From the IMG/VR virus record IMGVR_UViG_3300045988_148972: DNA of 64,000 nucleotides. One strand, 5' to 3'. Made by a program: the position numbers and the translations under genes. The DNA comes from a virus. Of the stretch, positions 62,122-64,000 are shown one piece after another. Under the pieces are notes generated by a model. The model made no database searches, was not told the origin of the DNA, and worked only from the letters and a program-made list of their open reading frames with translations. Position 1 is the first letter of the stretch. Each line of letters begins with the position of its first letter.

Positions 62122-62694
62122 ATGAAAATCTGGATTGATAACGGTCATGGTGCAGACACCAAAGGGAAGCAGTCGCCAGACGGACGGTTGCGCGAATATG
62201 CCTATGCACGCGACATTGCACGCCGCGTGGTGGATGCGCTAAAAAAGAAAGGGCTCGACGCGCAGCTGCTCGTTCCGGAAGAGGAAGACATTTCGCTTCA
62301 GGAACGGTGCGCACGCGCCAACCGGGTGAAAGACAGCATCCTGGTATCCGTCCATTGCAACGCTGCCGGAAGCGGCACGCAGTGGATGACCGCACGCGGA
62401 TGGGAAGCATGGACCAGCGTAGGTCAGACCAAGGCCGACAAACTGGCCGAATGTCTGTATCAGAGTGCGGAGCAGGTGCTGAAAGGCATGAAGCTTCGAA
62501 AGGACACCACCGACGGTGACAGCGACAAGGAAAGCGGTTTCTATATTCTGAAACACACTGCATGCCCGGCCGTGCTGACGGAAAACCTTTTCCAGGACAA
62601 TCGCGAAGATGTGGACTTCCTTCTGTCGGATGAAGGCCGCCAGAAGATTGTCACGCTGCATGTGCAGGGAATCTGTAAATACCTGGGCGTATGA
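62122..62694 (+). CDS. N-acetylmuramoyl-L-alanine amidase (Amidase_3-type endolysin)
   Basis: IDNGHGADTKG, VSVHCNAAG and PAVLTENLFQDN motifs. Confidence 0.85.
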   Translation: MKIWIDNGHGADTKGKQSPDGRLREYAYARDIARRVVDALKKKGLDAQLLVPEEEDISLQERCARANRVKDSILVSVHCNAAGSGTQWMTARGWEAWTSVGQTKADKLAECLYQSAEQVLKGMKLRKDTTDGDSDKESGFYILKHTACPAVLTENLFQDNREDVDFLLSDEGRQKIVTLHVQGICKYLGV

Positions 62695-63245
62695 AACAGC
62701 TCCCGTGGATACTGGTAAGCTTGCTGTCGGCCGCGCTCATCTTTGCGCTTTTCTTCCGTGGATGCGCGTCGCCGCAGTCTGGACAGGGTGATACCGTATG
62801 GCTTCCCGTAAGGGTAGATACGATACGCGACACGGCAGTTGCTACTCCCGTGTCAGAACGTCCTGCAGGAACAGACACCGCACGCCTTCCGGTATATCGT
62901 CCGCAGAAACCGTCCGGACCAGCTTCCATCCCGGACAGCATAGCGGACACGGTTACGGTTGTTTCTGATTCGCTTTCTACAGGGACCGACAGCGTGGACG
63001 TGATTATTCCTCTTACAGAGAAGGAATACCGCACGGACGACTACCGGATAGTCATTTCAGGGTACCACCCTAAACTGATCTCGGTAGAGCTTTACCGCCG
63101 AATACAGACAGGTGTAGTAAACGCGCCGGCGCCGAAAAAAAAGAGGTGGGGGATAGGACTGAGCGTAGGATACGGAATAGGGCTTTCAGGGAAGACAGAA
63201 CCGTTTCTGGGCGTTACGCTTAATTACAACCTGCTGCAATGGTAG
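62691..63245 (+). CDS. Membrane/lipoprotein-like protein, spanin candidate (184 aa)
   Basis: N-terminal TM/signal WILVSLLSAALIFALFFRGC. Overlaps the amidase stop. Confidence 0.4.
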   Translation: MKQLPWILVSLLSAALIFALFFRGCASPQSGQGDTVWLPVRVDTIRDTAVATPVSERPAGTDTARLPVYRPQKPSGPASIPDSIADTVTVVSDSLSTGTDSVDVIIPLTEKEYRTDDYRIVISGYHPKLISVELYRRIQTGVVNAPAPKKKRWGIGLSVGYGIGLSGKTEPFLGVTLNYNLLQW

Positions 63246-63312
63246 CGGCAGGTTGTTTCTTTAAACACAAGAGAAAAACACAGGGCAGACGTGCCCGATA
63301 AACAAAGAAACG

Positions 63313-63618
63313 ATGAGTAAGAGTGAGATTTTTAACACCATCCTCCGCATGGTATCGGAGGAAACGGAAATACCGTCTGCACAGATCCTTTCTGGCAGGA
63401 AGGACACAGAGACGGTAGATGCACGCTATCTGCTCGTGCATTTCCTTTTTCAGAGCGGATTGAATCCGTCGTATATCGCTGCACGAATCGGAAAGACGGA
63501 GCGTGCCGTCAACCAGATTCATACCAATTTTGACCAGCGTCTCAGCACACAGAAAATATTCAGAATAAGTTGCGAAAGAATCAGGAAGAGGTTAGGAAAT
63601 AACTCATTCCCAGAGTAA
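63313..63618 (+). CDS. DnaA domain-IV-like HTH protein (101 aa)
   Basis: IFNTILRMVSEETEIPSAQILSGRKDTETVDARYLLVHFL...IAARIGKTERAVNQ follows the Bac_DnaA_C pattern. Confidence 0.45.
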   Translation: MSKSEIFNTILRMVSEETEIPSAQILSGRKDTETVDARYLLVHFLFQSGLNPSYIAARIGKTERAVNQIHTNFDQRLSTQKIFRISCERIRKRLGNNSFPE

Positions 63619-63682
63619 TGTTTCGTCCGTGCCTTTGTCATGTCGGGCAATAGTGCCAGGCACAACACAAACACAAAACAGT

Positions 63683-64000
63683 ATGACTATCAAAGGTATG
63701 GACGGGCAGAGTTACAACGTAACTGGCCAGGGACAAGGTAATTTCAACACTGTGGGTGCAGCAGCTGGTATCGCATCATTTTTGGGAATCAACGGTGGTA
63801 ACATTCTGGGCCGTAACGGCTGGGGATGGAACGGAGAAGGATGTTGCTCAGACAACATGCCGGTAACTCGTTATGAGCTCGGTATGGTAGAGCAACTGAA
63901 TGCAAAGGATTCAGAAATCGCTTTGCTGAAGGCTGACAAGTACACAGACCAGAAGATCGTGGAAGCCTACAAGGACTTGCAGGGTCAGATCAAGGAACTT
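63683..64000 (+). CDS. Hypothetical protein, 3'-truncated by the window end
   Basis: Open frame from ATG 63683 to the window end (MTIKGMDGQSYNV...). Gly-rich N-terminus followed by a coiled coil. Confidence 0.5.
   Translation, partial: MTIKGMDGQSYNVTGQGQGNFNTVGAAAGIASFLGINGGNILGRNGWGWNGEGCCSDNMPVTRYELGMVEQLNAKDSEIALLKADKYTDQKIVEAYKDLQGQIKEL

Noticed and set aside
33113-64000. Stop-codon reassignment in late genes, as seen in some gut Bacteroidota phages
   Set aside because: Late genes, including a 1905-aa ORF, are uninterrupted under the standard code. There is no pattern of in-frame TAG or TGA.

Overview
The window looks like part of a tailed-phage genome, probably from a Bacteroidota host. 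Support for the host call: TTTG / TAnnTTTG-type promoter boxes, no Shine-Dalgarno sequences, and DUF4494 and fimbrillin-like lipoprotein genes. The layout from left to right is as follows. (1) 1-2200 is a largely non-coding leader rich in repeats and palindromes. (2) 690-10700 is an array of about 20 small early genes, including ArdA. Most are preceded by the same hairpin + CTAAC/A-T box + GGAATTATG module. (3) 11200-27000 is a DNA-metabolism/modification block: DEDD exonuclease, N6/N4 methyltransferase, DUF4406, a frameshifted PAPS-reductase-like gene, SSB, DUF1599, DUF4494, a PD-(D/E)xK nuclease, and a very large C5 methyltransferase. (4) 27000-32700 is a plasmid-like maintenance module: XRE repressor, Rep initiator, an iteron/AT-rich origin, ParA plus a small partner, and a centromere-like repeat array. 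A G+C-rich lipoprotein gene is inserted in it. (5) 33100-35100 holds a putative portal gene. (6) 35300-44800 is a leftward operon of about 25 small ORFs. (7) 44900-64000 holds late genes: a 1905-aa modular fibre, further fibre proteins, a complete diversity-generating retroelement (target-VR, avd, TR, RT), and a lysis cassette with an amidase. Three repeated promoter-like motif families partition the genome. No integrase, terminase or major capsid gene was recognised in the window. All family assignments rest on motifs read by eye, not on database searches.
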